Origin: a virus
Lineage: Duplodnaviria; Caudoviricetes
DNA: 64,000 nucleotides
Reading direction: 5' to 3' (one strand)
Virus record (IMG/VR): IMGVR_UViG_3300033547_000001
Location: 1-64,000 of that record
Shown: positions 26,368-36,063 of the stretch, piece by piece
Numbering within the stretch: the stretch's first letter is position 1
Layout: each line of letters starts with the position of its first letter
Position numbers and translations under genes: made by a program
Notes under the pieces: model-generated
The model's database searches: none
What the model saw: the letters and a program-made list of their open reading frames with translations, nothing else
Told to the model about the DNA's origin: nothing

Positions 26368-27372
26368 CTAAGACTGGCTCGGAAGCGCTGGCATCACCCA
26401 GGAATCGATGGCATCGTCTGGCAGGTCCGATACATCGTGCATGGCCTGGGCCGCCCACCGCCGGATGGACTCGACGGCCTTCCTGTCGGCGTCGTAGCCG
26501 GCCATGAAGGCAAGGTCCTCGGCGCTCCTGCCCTTGACCAGCAGCCCGGCGTGGTCCGAACACGCCGCAACTGCCGCCATCGCGGCCCGCTCCTGCGCCA
26601 GGATGGCTTCCTTGAGTGCCGCCGCTGCCGCGCCTGCCATCGGCCCGCGCCAGTCGTCAAGAGACTCCTGAACCTGGTCCACGACGAAGTCCTGGTCGGA
26701 GACCTGCTGGCTCAGCGCCACCATTGCCGCCGCATCTGCGACCGCCGACGGGGTGGGCCCGACCACCATTTGTACGCCCTTGCCCAAGATCCCCGGGGCC
26801 TCGGCCGCCATCTTGATCGCGAGCGCTCCGCGCTGGCGGTTCAGAGCGTCTAGCTTATTTCGCTCGACCTCCAGAGCGCCGATCGACTTGTGGATCTCGA
26901 CTTCGTGCTGATGCCTCAGGTCCAGGAGTTTCTGCTGCTCATCGGCGGCACTCCTCATGGCTCGATCGATTATGGCCGCGTCGGATGCCGCTACATCGTT
27001 TCGCCGGAACGCCACCAGGCGCTGCTTGGCGCACGGGGCGATCTTCTCGATCTCGGACATCTCAGCGCGGGTGATAAGTTCGATCATGGCGATCTTCTTC
27101 ATCGCCAGCACATGGCCCGGCGAAGGTCCATCGTCCACCACCTCGTAAGCTACCTCGTCGTGCTCGTTGACAGCAGCTTCTATCAACGAGTCTTCTCTCG
27201 GCATGGGGCGTTTGACGTACCTCTCGATCTCCGGGATTGACGGGTCGTTGCTGTGCTCATCCACCAGCTTCATCTGCGCACGCCAATCGCGCATCTCCTT
27301 GGCATGGGCGACAACTCGCAGCGCGAAATCGCGAATCTTGTCGACGTCTGATTTGGCGATCTTATGGGTCAT
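26368..27372 (-). CDS. Putative tail fibre assembly/chaperone protein
   Basis: ATGA-coupled directly after the tail fibre gene; helical. Function inferred from position. Confidence 0.45.
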   Translation of the reverse strand: MTHKIAKSDVDKIRDFALRVVAHAKEMRDWRAQMKLVDEHSNDPSIPEIERYVKRPMPREDSLIEAAVNEHDEVAYEVVDDGPSPGHVLAMKKIAMIELITRAEMSEIEKIAPCAKQRLVAFRRNDVAASDAAIIDRAMRSAADEQQKLLDLRHQHEVEIHKSIGALEVERNKLDALNRQRGALAIKMAAEAPGILGKGVQMVVGPTPSAVADAAAMVALSQQVSDQDFVVDQVQESLDDWRGPMAGAAAAALKEAILAQERAAMAAVAACSDHAGLLVKGRSAEDLAFMAGYDADRKAVESIRRWAAQAMHDVSDLPDDAIDSWVMPALPSQS

Positions 27373-28601
27373 AGTTTGAGGATCCAGTTCACAGTCATGC
27401 AATTGTGGACCGTGTTGTGAGTCCCGTTGCCACCCGTCCCACTATCCGTGGTGATATTGATGGCATGGGTGTGATTGGCATTTTCCGTAGTCGTCGTGAA
27501 CCCGTAGGTGTGCGAGTGATCGGCACTCACGTCTGACGTCGTGAACGAATAGGTATGAGTATGGCGTGCACTCGCGCCGGACGTGTCGACGTTGGAGTTA
27601 TTGAAACTTCCACCTCCTGCCACATTGGCGCCACCGCTTCCAAAACCCTGTACGGAATGGAAATGATCCGGGCTATCAGTGCTGGTCGTTCCGCTACCGG
27701 TGTGGGTGTGACCGACGCTCTGGCCGCTGGTCGTGCCACCCCCGGTGTGGGCGTGGGAAGACCCTTCGATCGCGCTCGTCCCGAACACGATGTGGGTGTG
27801 GGACGGGATCTCAGCCAACAGCAGGCTGTGGAGGTTCTCCCCCAGGACGCAGCCAGGGTTGTTCGCGTTGCCGCTGGTGGTCGGGATGCCGAACAATCTC
27901 GTGGAGCCGGCATCGGTCCCGATGATCCCTCGGCCGCTCAGGTCCAGGACCTGGATCGTCTTGTTGGCGGCGAAGTCGGCTGCCGGGTTGGCGCCCCTCC
28001 CCCCGGAGACTGGGCACTGGGAATTTGGGAAGTTGTTCCAGTGCCACGCGAACAGCGGCGCAGCGTCGGCGGCCGCGTACCCGCCCCCTGAAGAGGCGCT
28101 GCCAATCAGGAAGTTGAACTTGGCCCACACGAAGCCCGGGGGAAGGGTGGTCGAGAACGTGGTGCTGAGGGATCCGGTCCCCATGATCCCCGGAGGGCTG
28201 ATCCAGTTGGTAGCACTGCTTGAATCCGGATCGGTAGTGTTGTTATCGCTGGTGCTGAGCCAAAAATTTCCGAACACCAAGGCAGATTGTAGCACCGCAC
28301 CGCGTGGATAGCCGCCGATCGCAGCGGCAAAAGTCCCATCATAGATGACCGGACCTCCGGCGGCCTGCCATTGGTTCCACTGGGTGATCCGGTTGAGCAG
28401 TCCGTTCACGTCCTGACCGAACGGCGGGACGCCGCCAGCAGCGACGGGCTGGAAATTGAGCGGAGGAAATCCGTCGGTTAGCGATGCAAACCCCGGATTG
28501 ATACCGATCTGTGAAGCTGTGGGAATCGATCGAATGAAGCCGCCGCCAGCCGAGTTACCAAATGGAATTGGAAACTTAGCCGGAATAGATGATGCGAGCA
28601 T
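27369..28601 (-). CDS. Tail fibre protein with collar domain and HxH needle
   Basis: DGFPPLNFQPVAAGGVPP.GQD.NG and IGGYPRGA N-terminus; collar-like DLSGR; seven HxH motifs. Confidence 0.85.
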   Translation of the reverse strand: MLASSIPAKFPIPFGNSAGGGFIRSIPTASQIGINPGFASLTDGFPPLNFQPVAAGGVPPFGQDVNGLLNRITQWNQWQAAGGPVIYDGTFAAAIGGYPRGAVLQSALVFGNFWLSTSDNNTTDPDSSSATNWISPPGIMGTGSLSTTFSTTLPPGFVWAKFNFLIGSASSGGGYAAADAAPLFAWHWNNFPNSQCPVSGGRGANPAADFAANKTIQVLDLSGRGIIGTDAGSTRLFGIPTTSGNANNPGCVLGENLHSLLLAEIPSHTHIVFGTSAIEGSSHAHTGGGTTSGQSVGHTHTGSGTTSTDSPDHFHSVQGFGSGGANVAGGGSFNNSNVDTSGASARHTHTYSFTTSDVSADHSHTYGFTTTTENANHTHAINITTDSGTGGNGTHNTVHNCMTVNWILKL

Positions 28602-28614
28602 TTTGGCTTCTTTC

Positions 28615-29277
28615 TTAGATCAACTGCACGATGGTCGACGATACACCGGTCGGTTTCGGCAGGACCCCGGATTGCGACACGATCGCCAGTTCGACCGAAC
28701 TCATTTTGAATGCGAACGTGTAAGTCATCGTCATGTTCAGACCATCCGTGACGTAGCAGTTGCCGCGGTTGGGGAATAGGTTGAGCAGGATCTGGTTGAT
28801 TGACTTGATCGACCCATCGGAGATGTTCGCCAGAGCCTTCGCGAAGATCAGCGTTCGGAAGGCATTGTCCGAGAGGTTGAAATTGCTGGTCAGCACTGCA
28901 CCAGAATAGAACGGAGATTGGTTGAGCGGGTCGGCGCTGAGCGTCGTCGCCTCATCGAACCCGAAGTATTTCTGCGTCCCCACCAAATGCAGCGTGCGCG
29001 ATACCCCCACGATCGCTCCCCACACGTCGAGCCCATAGCCCTGCGCGGTGGCGACGTTGAACATGTAGTCGTAGAACGCGTCGAGGTTCTGCGTCTGGTC
29101 GACGTAGGCCGAGAAGTTGGCGATCAGCTGCGTGAGGATCGGCGAGTTCGCATATTGCGAGATGATCGTGAGCCAATAATCGAACGCCGGGATATCTCCG
29201 ATCGGCGATATTCCGATCGTGAATTGTCCAATGCTATTAGACCCAGGCCTCGGCCGGAAGATGTTCGGTCCTGTCAT
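28615..29277 (-). CDS. Baseplate protein, DUF2612-like
   Basis: TIISQYANSP, TAQGYGLDVWGAIVGVSR, GVLPKPTGV. Confidence 0.8.
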   Translation of the reverse strand: MTGPNIFRPRPGSNSIGQFTIGISPIGDIPAFDYWLTIISQYANSPILTQLIANFSAYVDQTQNLDAFYDYMFNVATAQGYGLDVWGAIVGVSRTLHLVGTQKYFGFDEATTLSADPLNQSPFYSGAVLTSNFNLSDNAFRTLIFAKALANISDGSIKSINQILLNLFPNRGNCYVTDGLNMTMTYTFAFKMSSVELAIVSQSGVLPKPTGVSSTIVQLI

Positions 29278-30905
29278 GTCACCGTGACCGCGATGTTCGC
29301 AGCGTTGACCGTCGGAGATTGGTTTATGTTCGTGGTAACGGCGTTGAGCGTCGGCTTAGCCGCGGTGAAGGTCCGGTTCGCTAACGCCGAACCGTTGACA
29401 GTGGTCGCGTTGTTCGTGGTGTAGACACCAGCGCCACCAGGTGTCCCGGATGTCTGGGTCAAGATCGTCGTATTCGCCGGAACACCAGTACCAGTCAATA
29501 TCTCGCCTGATCCCGGTATAATGAGCCCGCTAGCCCCGGTTACCGTGAGATTGGTGCCGGAACCAACCGCCGCGAAGAACGCTCCCACTGTGAGGGAGTT
29601 GTTGGTCGTCCACGAAGTGCCACTGCCGGACAGGATAGTAGTGCCTGGGACCGTGATTCCTGCGTCGTCGCTCAAGGTCTGTCCGATGGCGATCGTCCCC
29701 GATATCAGCGACGTCACAGTCAAGGCGGTTCCGAGTAGAACTCCGACGAAGACCGCACTGGACGAGTTATTTGATCCAACGACGATCGAGATGATCTGAA
29801 CCCACGACCCGAGCGCCACCAGGGGTGCATAGAACCTGCTCGCGTAGATCGTCGATCCGATGCGCGCGCGAGGGCCACCGTCGGCGCCCGCGAATGCCGA
29901 GATTATGGCGCCCTGTATCAGCGCCGCAGCATTCGACGGCACCAGTGAGTTGTTGGCGGTATTGACGGCGAACAGGATGGCGAGGGACGACGGGGTCTCG
30001 AACGTCACCTGATATGACGGCAGCGGCGGAGAATATCCCGAGTTGCTGTCGACAACGGTGACAGTCGTGTTTCCGTTATAGTTGCAGCCCGGCGCCTTCT
30101 TGGTCCAAATCGCGTTTGCGATGTTCTGCGCTGTCCCGCCGACGGCGGCCACGTACAGCGAGTTCGGAGCTAGAGTGACACCGCCGATCGTCGCTGGCGA
30201 TGATGATGGGTTCTCGGTGACGTAGGCGTCGAGGATGCCTTGCACGTTGAGGACGGCGCCGAGGACTGACGGTACCGAGCCGATCGAGTTGAGCGCGACC
30301 GAGGCGGACCGACGCGCCTCGAACTGCGCCCTGGTCTCGGTGTTGCTGCCGAGAACACCATCGGCCAGATTGATGATCGTGTCCCACCCGGAAATATTCC
30401 GGTAGATGCTGTTGAGCGTTCCCTCCGGACAAGGGACCGGTCCCAGCACGATGCAGGCGAACGCTATCACCGCGCTTCCGAGCGCGGAGATCGTCCCGTC
30501 GTTGAGACTAGCGTAGATGTTCCCGTCTGCCGCGCGCGCCAACGATCCGGCGGGGATCACGACGCCAGCTCCGCCGGTGCATGTGGCCTGCACCACCGTC
30601 GCTGTCGATCCTTCGCGAAACAGGAAATAAAGCTCGGCTATCGCGTCCTGGAAACGCCCGTCGGCGAATGCAGGGTTCATCTGGTTGGTCAGATTGACGA
30701 ACGAGTCGTTGCAGCTGCCGATGATGGCCGCGATGCTGGTTGCGAGCTGCCCCTGAGGTGACGACAGCGACTGGTTCAGTCCGCCGCCGAAGGCCGCGTT
30801 GATGTCGGCCATCACGCCGGTCAGAATGTCCTGTTCCGACGGCGCCTGGAATCCATTAGCCCCAAAAGTCACGGCCGGAACGTTGGTGCCGGGGATGTTC
30901 GCCAT
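29274..30905 (-). CDS. Baseplate J-like wedge protein with inserted Gly/Thr modules
   Basis: SPQGQLA, ET.AQFEARR, YVTEN, IANAIWTKKAPG; two-copy insertion near C-terminus. Confidence 0.85.
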   Translation of the reverse strand: MANIPGTNVPAVTFGANGFQAPSEQDILTGVMADINAAFGGGLNQSLSSPQGQLATSIAAIIGSCNDSFVNLTNQMNPAFADGRFQDAIAELYFLFREGSTATVVQATCTGGAGVVIPAGSLARAADGNIYASLNDGTISALGSAVIAFACIVLGPVPCPEGTLNSIYRNISGWDTIINLADGVLGSNTETRAQFEARRSASVALNSIGSVPSVLGAVLNVQGILDAYVTENPSSSPATIGGVTLAPNSLYVAAVGGTAQNIANAIWTKKAPGCNYNGNTTVTVVDSNSGYSPPLPSYQVTFETPSSLAILFAVNTANNSLVPSNAAALIQGAIISAFAGADGGPRARIGSTIYASRFYAPLVALGSWVQIISIVVGSNNSSSAVFVGVLLGTALTVTSLISGTIAIGQTLSDDAGITVPGTTILSGSGTSWTTNNSLTVGAFFAAVGSGTNLTVTGASGLIIPGSGEILTGTGVPANTTILTQTSGTPGGAGVYTTNNATTVNGSALANRTFTAAKPTLNAVTTNINQSPTVNAANIAVTVT

Positions 30906-30906
30906 C

Positions 30907-31266
30907 TCAGAACGCCACCGCCGTCGGCGTGGTGGCGCCAGGAGGTGTCACCTGGACTTGACCGTTGGCCAGCCGATCGGGCTGTGAAATCGAGGTAATG
31001 AACACCGCGGCCTGCGCCCCATTGGGCAAAACTGACAACGCAGCTGTCGACATCAGGGCCTTCATCAACGGCACATTCGGCCTCTGCCCGATGATCACAG
31101 GATAGTTGACGCCGATCGTGGTGTCGTACCACTGCTCTCCGAGCACCAGCTTGATCGCGCTGCATGCGTCCTGCGCCATCGAATACGGGTCATCGGCCAT
31201 AGCGATGTTGCCCGCGACATCCACCGCGAGATCCCATGTATCTGGCCGGAGAAACAACGTCTTCAT
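30907..31266 (-). CDS. Baseplate wedge subunit (gp25/W-like position)
   Basis: WDLAVD..GNIAM, GEQWYDTTIGVNY. Confidence 0.7.
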   Translation of the reverse strand: MKTLFLRPDTWDLAVDVAGNIAMADDPYSMAQDACSAIKLVLGEQWYDTTIGVNYPVIIGQRPNVPLMKALMSTAALSVLPNGAQAAVFITSISQPDRLANGQVQVTPPGATTPTAVAF

Positions 31267-31979
31267 ATTGGTGGCCCCGTGGTCCCGCCCTGCGGATCAG
31301 GATGCTCGTGTGTTGCGCCGCTTTTGCCTGCCGCGACGACATCGGTATCCGCGGTGAGGGTGCCGCCGATATGGACATTGCCGCCGTAGAGTCCGCCCGA
31401 GACGCTCTGGATCGCGCCACCGAGTTGCAGGTTGTTCTGCATGATGACATTGCCGGTGAACGTCCATCCTGCTGCACTCGACACCAATGAGTTGCCGTGC
31501 GCGGCCGTGATGTTGATCCCGTCGGCGGTCCACTTAATCCACTGCGTCGGCGCGGTGCCATTCAGTCCTGGAATCCCGAACAGGTAGATCCCGTCTGACG
31601 GGCTGAACTTGCGGTTCGACCCGGGGTTGGCGATCGCCTTCGCGGCCTTGACCGCCGAGATGTCCCGGTCGCAGACGCCCATTACTCCGAGATCCCCAAC
31701 CGCGGGATCGATCTCGAATGCGTTGGTCCCACCCATCACCCACGCATACGGGATCCCATTGATGGTCCCGTGCGGCGACGAGTTGTCCTGGCCATCGAGC
31801 TGATTGACGGCGATCTGCACGTCGACGGTGTGGGCGCTGGTGTCGACTGAGATCACCTTCACGACCTTGACCGTCGATATGCGCCCCAGGCGCTGCAGGA
31901 TAGCGAAGTCGATCGGATTGAAGCTGCCGACCGCGTCGGAGGGATCCTGCTGGCCGGCGCCTGGTGTCTGGTCTGCCAT
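31263..31979 (-). CDS. Baseplate central spike protein
   Basis: OB-fold-type N-terminus (PAVGDLG), beta-helix-like repeats, terminal THEHP metal-binding HxH. Confidence 0.8.
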   Translation of the reverse strand: MADQTPGAGQQDPSDAVGSFNPIDFAILQRLGRISTVKVVKVISVDTSAHTVDVQIAVNQLDGQDNSSPHGTINGIPYAWVMGGTNAFEIDPAVGDLGVMGVCDRDISAVKAAKAIANPGSNRKFSPSDGIYLFGIPGLNGTAPTQWIKWTADGINITAAHGNSLVSSAAGWTFTGNVIMQNNLQLGGAIQSVSGGLYGGNVHIGGTLTADTDVVAAGKSGATHEHPDPQGGTTGPPI

Positions 31980-31980
31980 C

Positions 31981-32901
31981 TTATTGCACCGGGACCGGAT
32001 ACTTCGGGTTGTAGCAGAGGACGGTCGAGAACCATGGACCATCGGGCATCTCGCAGGACAGGCTGTGCGCGAGCCCGTAGACCGCCCACGTCCCGTTGGC
32101 CGGCTGGAGACTGCTCTGCACCTGCACCTTGCCGCCGAACGGGATGGACGGGTCGTAGAGCGTCTCAACGCTGATCCCATAAGCGGTATAGGTCGGATAT
32201 CCCTTCATGTTGCCGTTGGGCGGCGGGGCAATCAGCGGGACCTGGCCGTTGCGCGCGCCGTTGCGCGGCCAGATCGCGAGCACGCCGCCCTCGCCGTGGT
32301 TCCAGCTGATGCCAGCCGCCTCGGCGCAGTCTTGCGCCTGGTTCTTCACGGACCCGGAGAAATATGGATTCGACAGCTGGCCCTGCACGCCACTGTTCTC
32401 GAACTTCAACCCCATCTGCGTTGCAAAGCTGGACATGATCGTCGCCACATCGGTCGAGCCTTGATAGCTCGTTGGCTTGGTCGTCGTGACTGCCTGCGGC
32501 GCCAGTGTGTGCGCGGAGAGGTGGAAGCTGACGTCTGGCGATGCATTGAAGTCACCGTATGCGGCCAGGATGTATCCGGTGAACACCGTGCCTCCGTTTG
32601 TGAAGCCGCCTGATCCGTCGTCCTGGCCGGCCTCAAGCACGATCAAATTCTTTGGGACCAGGTTGACCTGCATGCCCAGCGTCGACAGCCGATTCATCGT
32701 CGACAATGACAGGCCGTAGACCGTGAGCTCCATCGTCCCGTCGGATGGGCCGCCAGCGTGCAGAATCTCTGCCGACATCCGCAGGTTCTCGATCACGACG
32801 GTGTCGGATCCGCCGCTGCTCGAGAACGTCTGCGCCTGACCCTCGATCGTCGCGAGCGTGATCGTCGCCCGCAGTTTGCGGACGGTGATGGAGTCCGTCA
32901 T
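31981..32901 (-). CDS. Baseplate hub protein
   Basis: LTVYGLS, LEAG, TVFTG.I, FENSGV; position before spike. Confidence 0.75.
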   Translation of the reverse strand: MTDSITVRKLRATITLATIEGQAQTFSSSGGSDTVVIENLRMSAEILHAGGPSDGTMELTVYGLSLSTMNRLSTLGMQVNLVPKNLIVLEAGQDDGSGGFTNGGTVFTGYILAAYGDFNASPDVSFHLSAHTLAPQAVTTTKPTSYQGSTDVATIMSSFATQMGLKFENSGVQGQLSNPYFSGSVKNQAQDCAEAAGISWNHGEGGVLAIWPRNGARNGQVPLIAPPPNGNMKGYPTYTAYGISVETLYDPSIPFGGKVQVQSSLQPANGTWAVYGLAHSLSCEMPDGPWFSTVLCYNPKYPVPVQ

Positions 32902-33224
32902 GTTGGTACGAGATCCGAAGCTTCAAGGTATACCAGCTGGAAGCGTCCACCGAGCCCAGTGTAGTCCGGATCCGACGGCATCGCGGTGTTCAGCAAATCG
33001 AAGAACGAGAAGTCGCCGACGAAGCCAAGGTAAGCGTACCTTATGAGGCGGTTCGCGTTTCGGCAAACGATGCCGGCGACGATCGGGTCAGTCTGGATCG
33101 TCGGCACGGTGAGGTCGAAGTAGAGGCCGAACGCCTTCTGGTAGACATTGATCCTGCAGTTCTGGTTGCTGAGCAGCGACGTCAGTGTCTGGCTCGGTAC
33201 CGGCTGCAGTGGGACAATGAGCAT
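32898..33224 (-). CDS. Small baseplate protein
   Basis: IVPLQPVPSQTL...QNCRINVYQK...RFQLVYL. Confidence 0.7.
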   Translation of the reverse strand: MLIVPLQPVPSQTLTSLLSNQNCRINVYQKAFGLYFDLTVPTIQTDPIVAGIVCRNANRLIRYAYLGFVGDFSFFDLLNTAMPSDPDYTGLGGRFQLVYLEASDLVPT

Positions 33225-33235
33225 CGCGTGTCACC

Positions 33236-33907
33236 TCAGAAATCGAAGCCGGTCCCGCGCATGTCGGTAAAGGCTGTGCTCTGGGCCGGCGTGGGAGTGG
33301 CCGATTGAATATTGCCGTCGCTGACCTGCGGCGAGGCACTCGGCGACTGCGGCTGCTTGATCGTCATCACCGTCGTCGTGGCCGCGCTGCCTTGCTGCTG
33401 CTGCGAGTTGACGAACTGCTGGGCCGCGGTGACCCGGATCTCTTCGCAATAGAGATCGATAACGACCAGGCCGACCCCATTGCGCGCGGTCCTCCGGAGT
33501 GACTGATGTACCGGGTTTATGCTCTGATACACCTTCTCGGGCGTCACGGCATCGAATAGATCCGTCGAGTCGATGATCGCGTCGACCGAGTCGATCAGCG
33601 CCTGCCGGTCCGCCACTGAGCCGCCCGTGGAGAATTGGAGTCGCACGTCGTAGGGAACCTGCACCTTGTTGTAGGTCGCGAAGGAGCCTTCCTCGACCGG
33701 GAAGTTCGAGATCCGCATATCTTGCTTGAACTCGAACGAAACGACATTGTCCGCGGTGACTACATTCTCGCCGTCGAGGAACAGGCCCCATTGGGGGGCG
33801 TCTGGCCCGCCGGCGCCCCCCAGGAGCGCCAGCACGTCCGAGGTGACCAGTTGGAGCGCCTCGACGACCACGTCGTCAGCGAGCGCCGGAAGCCCGGGAA
33901 TCGCCAT
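33236..33907 (-). CDS. Baseplate/tail tube initiator protein
   Basis: ISNFPVEEGSFATYNKV, DAVTPEKVY; position after tape measure. Confidence 0.7.
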   Translation of the reverse strand: MAIPGLPALADDVVVEALQLVTSDVLALLGGAGGPDAPQWGLFLDGENVVTADNVVSFEFKQDMRISNFPVEEGSFATYNKVQVPYDVRLQFSTGGSVADRQALIDSVDAIIDSTDLFDAVTPEKVYQSINPVHQSLRRTARNGVGLVVIDLYCEEIRVTAAQQFVNSQQQQGSAATTTVMTIKQPQSPSASPQVSDGNIQSATPTPAQSTAFTDMRGTGFDF

Positions 33908-33908
33908 T

Positions 33909-35375
33909 CTAGTTTTGTCCGCCGTTGGCCTGCGCGGCGAACGACTGCCCCTTCAGCGTCTGCACGAACTTGCCGGCGATCTTGGCGCCGTCGGCTCCCG
34001 ACCCGGCGTTGATCGTCACCGGGCCATTGACGTCTATCTTGGTCGTCGTCGTGGTGGTCGAGCCGCCGCCCGCGGCATCCCACGGTCTGGCGCCCTGATT
34101 GCCACCGATTCCCTCCCAGTTGCCGATGCCGACCCTGGCAGCGCCGTGGAAGTCCGACCATCCGTGACGCTTCGCCCACTCCATCGCGAACATGATCGTC
34201 GCGCGCTCGTTCTTCGGGTCGCTCGGGTCGAGGCCCGTCAGCCGCTGGAACTCGTCGCCGACGGCGTGGCCGCGGCCGCCAGGCGTGACGTGCAGCTGGA
34301 AGGCGCCGAACGAGGTGTTGTTGTCGCCGTAGAACTGGCTGAACCCCTCGCTGCGCGCCACCTTCACGGCCTTGTCAGGGTCATTGCCGGCGGCGATCGC
34401 CGACTGCCGGATGAACTGCTCCTTCTCGACCGGCGACGCGAAGGCGCCCCCTTCGGTGGACGGAGACGCGCCAGGTGCGGCGCCCGGGAACAACGCCGGC
34501 TTGCCCGTGGCGTACTCGCCGGTCTGGAAGATGGCGTCCCACGGCTTGGCCTCGAGGAACGGCTTGCTGAGTTCGTCGGCGAGCGCGGTGATCCTCGACG
34601 CCCCCCCGTGCTCGCCGCCGAGAACATTTCGGGCAAGCGATTCCGCTTTGAGCCCCATCTGGCTCATCCGCTTCTCGAGCTCGCCGAAGGCGTCGACGTC
34701 CTCGTGGGTCGCCACGCCGATCTTGTTCACGTAGTCGAGGACCTGCTTGACGCCGCCCGGGCCCTTGATGAGCAGGTCGAATAGTGCCGGATCCAGGCCG
34801 AGCTTTCTCCCCAATAGGCCAGCCGTCGCCGGGTCGCGATCATGGATCGCCTTGAGGTTGGCGCTGAGGTCCAGAAAACTCTGCTCCACCCCCTTGTTGA
34901 CATCGATTACCGTCCCGCCCGCGGTGCTGATCGCCCGGAAGTCTGCGACCATCGGCGAGATGATCCCGATCTTCCACCCGGCGAGTGCGTCCGACACCGC
35001 GGTGAATGACTGCGCCATGCTGGCAGCGTCACCGCCGAAGATCCGGGCGGCGCCCTGCCACTTCGAGATGGTCGACGCCGAGACCCCGATGTTGCGCTCG
35101 AGTCTTCCGAGCGACGCGTTGGAATGGGTCAGCTGCGACGAGAAGTCGATCAGGCCCTTCCCGCCGGTGAAGATCGCGAACAGTTCGATCGCCTGCGTCT
35201 TGATCCCGCCGAGCGCGTCCATCGAGCGCTTGGCCTCGTGCTCCATGCCCTTGGCGTTGGCCTCGATCGACTCGAGCGCGTGGTTGGCGGCCTCGACGGC
35301 GTCCTGCTGTCCCTTCGTGAAGTTCTTGGCGTCGATTCCTATTTCGACGATCAGGCTGTCGATCAGCGTCGGCAT
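33909..35375 (-). CDS. Tape measure protein with C-terminal lysozyme-like domain
   Basis: IDSLIVEIGID start, Ala-rich helices, ARSEG...SFGAFQL. Confidence 0.75.
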   Translation of the reverse strand: MPTLIDSLIVEIGIDAKNFTKGQQDAVEAANHALESIEANAKGMEHEAKRSMDALGGIKTQAIELFAIFTGGKGLIDFSSQLTHSNASLGRLERNIGVSASTISKWQGAARIFGGDAASMAQSFTAVSDALAGWKIGIISPMVADFRAISTAGGTVIDVNKGVEQSFLDLSANLKAIHDRDPATAGLLGRKLGLDPALFDLLIKGPGGVKQVLDYVNKIGVATHEDVDAFGELEKRMSQMGLKAESLARNVLGGEHGGASRITALADELSKPFLEAKPWDAIFQTGEYATGKPALFPGAAPGASPSTEGGAFASPVEKEQFIRQSAIAAGNDPDKAVKVARSEGFSQFYGDNNTSFGAFQLHVTPGGRGHAVGDEFQRLTGLDPSDPKNERATIMFAMEWAKRHGWSDFHGAARVGIGNWEGIGGNQGARPWDAAGGGSTTTTTTKIDVNGPVTINAGSGADGAKIAGKFVQTLKGQSFAAQANGGQN

Positions 35376-35379
35376 GCGA

Positions 35380-35616
35380 TCAGCCCTTCTTCCCGGCCAT
35401 CACGCGCCTGTTGTGCGCGTCGACCGCAGCAATCTCGCGCATGTCATAGCAGTCTTCCAGCGAGTAGACGGTCGCGAGCTCGTGCAGCGTCGCCATCCTC
35501 ATCGCCACCAAATCGCCGATCAGGGAGGTGACGTTTGCGTAGTCGACGAGTCCGGCTGTCTCGCTGAGACCGCTGCCGCCGCCAAAATCGACGCGAGCTC
35601 TTGAAAGGTAAAACCC
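35380..35616 (-). CDS. Tail assembly chaperone T portion reached by -1 frameshift
   Basis: G-GGT-TTT heptamer at 35616-35610 in the G frame; -1 frame open to TGA 35380 (VDYANV...MATLHELATVYSLED). Confidence 0.75.
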   Translation of the reverse strand, partial: GFYLSRARVDFGGGSGLSETAGLVDYANVTSLIGDLVAMRMATLHELATVYSLEDCYDMREIAAVDAHNRRVMAGKKG

Positions 35617-36002
35617 ATGTGAAGCTCTACAAGCTCCTTCCGGAGTCGGTAAAGCGTCGAGATTTCCCAGATGTCTCCGTCGCCGCCGAGCGGCCGAATG
35701 AAGTCCGGCGACTCCTGGATCTTGATGCACGGTAGCATCTCGTCCATCAGCGCATCGACAGCTGGCATATCGCCACCAGCCAGCGCCTGCAGTCCGAGCA
35801 GATAAAGCCCGAGGAAACCCAATTTTCCGAACTCCTCGCGGACGTTGAGCTCCTGCCGGCTCATCGCGCCGATCGCGTGCCGGGCCCACCGCTCGGCTTT
35901 GAGCGCAGGCATCTCCTCGATATAGTAGCGCTTCCCCGCGTCGCGGTTCGGCGGTTCGCCTTCCTTCGGCTTCTCGATCTCGACGAACTTGTGCTTCAGC
36001 AC
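35520..36002 (-). CDS. Tail assembly chaperone G
   Basis: GAGG RBS, GTG start; RDAGKRYYIEEMPA..AERWA; between tube and tape measure genes. Confidence 0.8.
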   Translation of the reverse strand: MLKHKFVEIEKPKEGEPPNRDAGKRYYIEEMPALKAERWARHAIGAMSRQELNVREEFGKLGFLGLYLLGLQALAGGDMPAVDALMDEMLPCIKIQESPDFIRPLGGDGDIWEISTLYRLRKELVELHMGFTFQELASILAAAAVSARQPDSSTTQTSPP

Positions 36003-36063
36003 CCTGCCACCTCCGGCTTCGATGCAAGTGGATTACAGAAAACGCCGTCCTGGGTAAAGTGCC

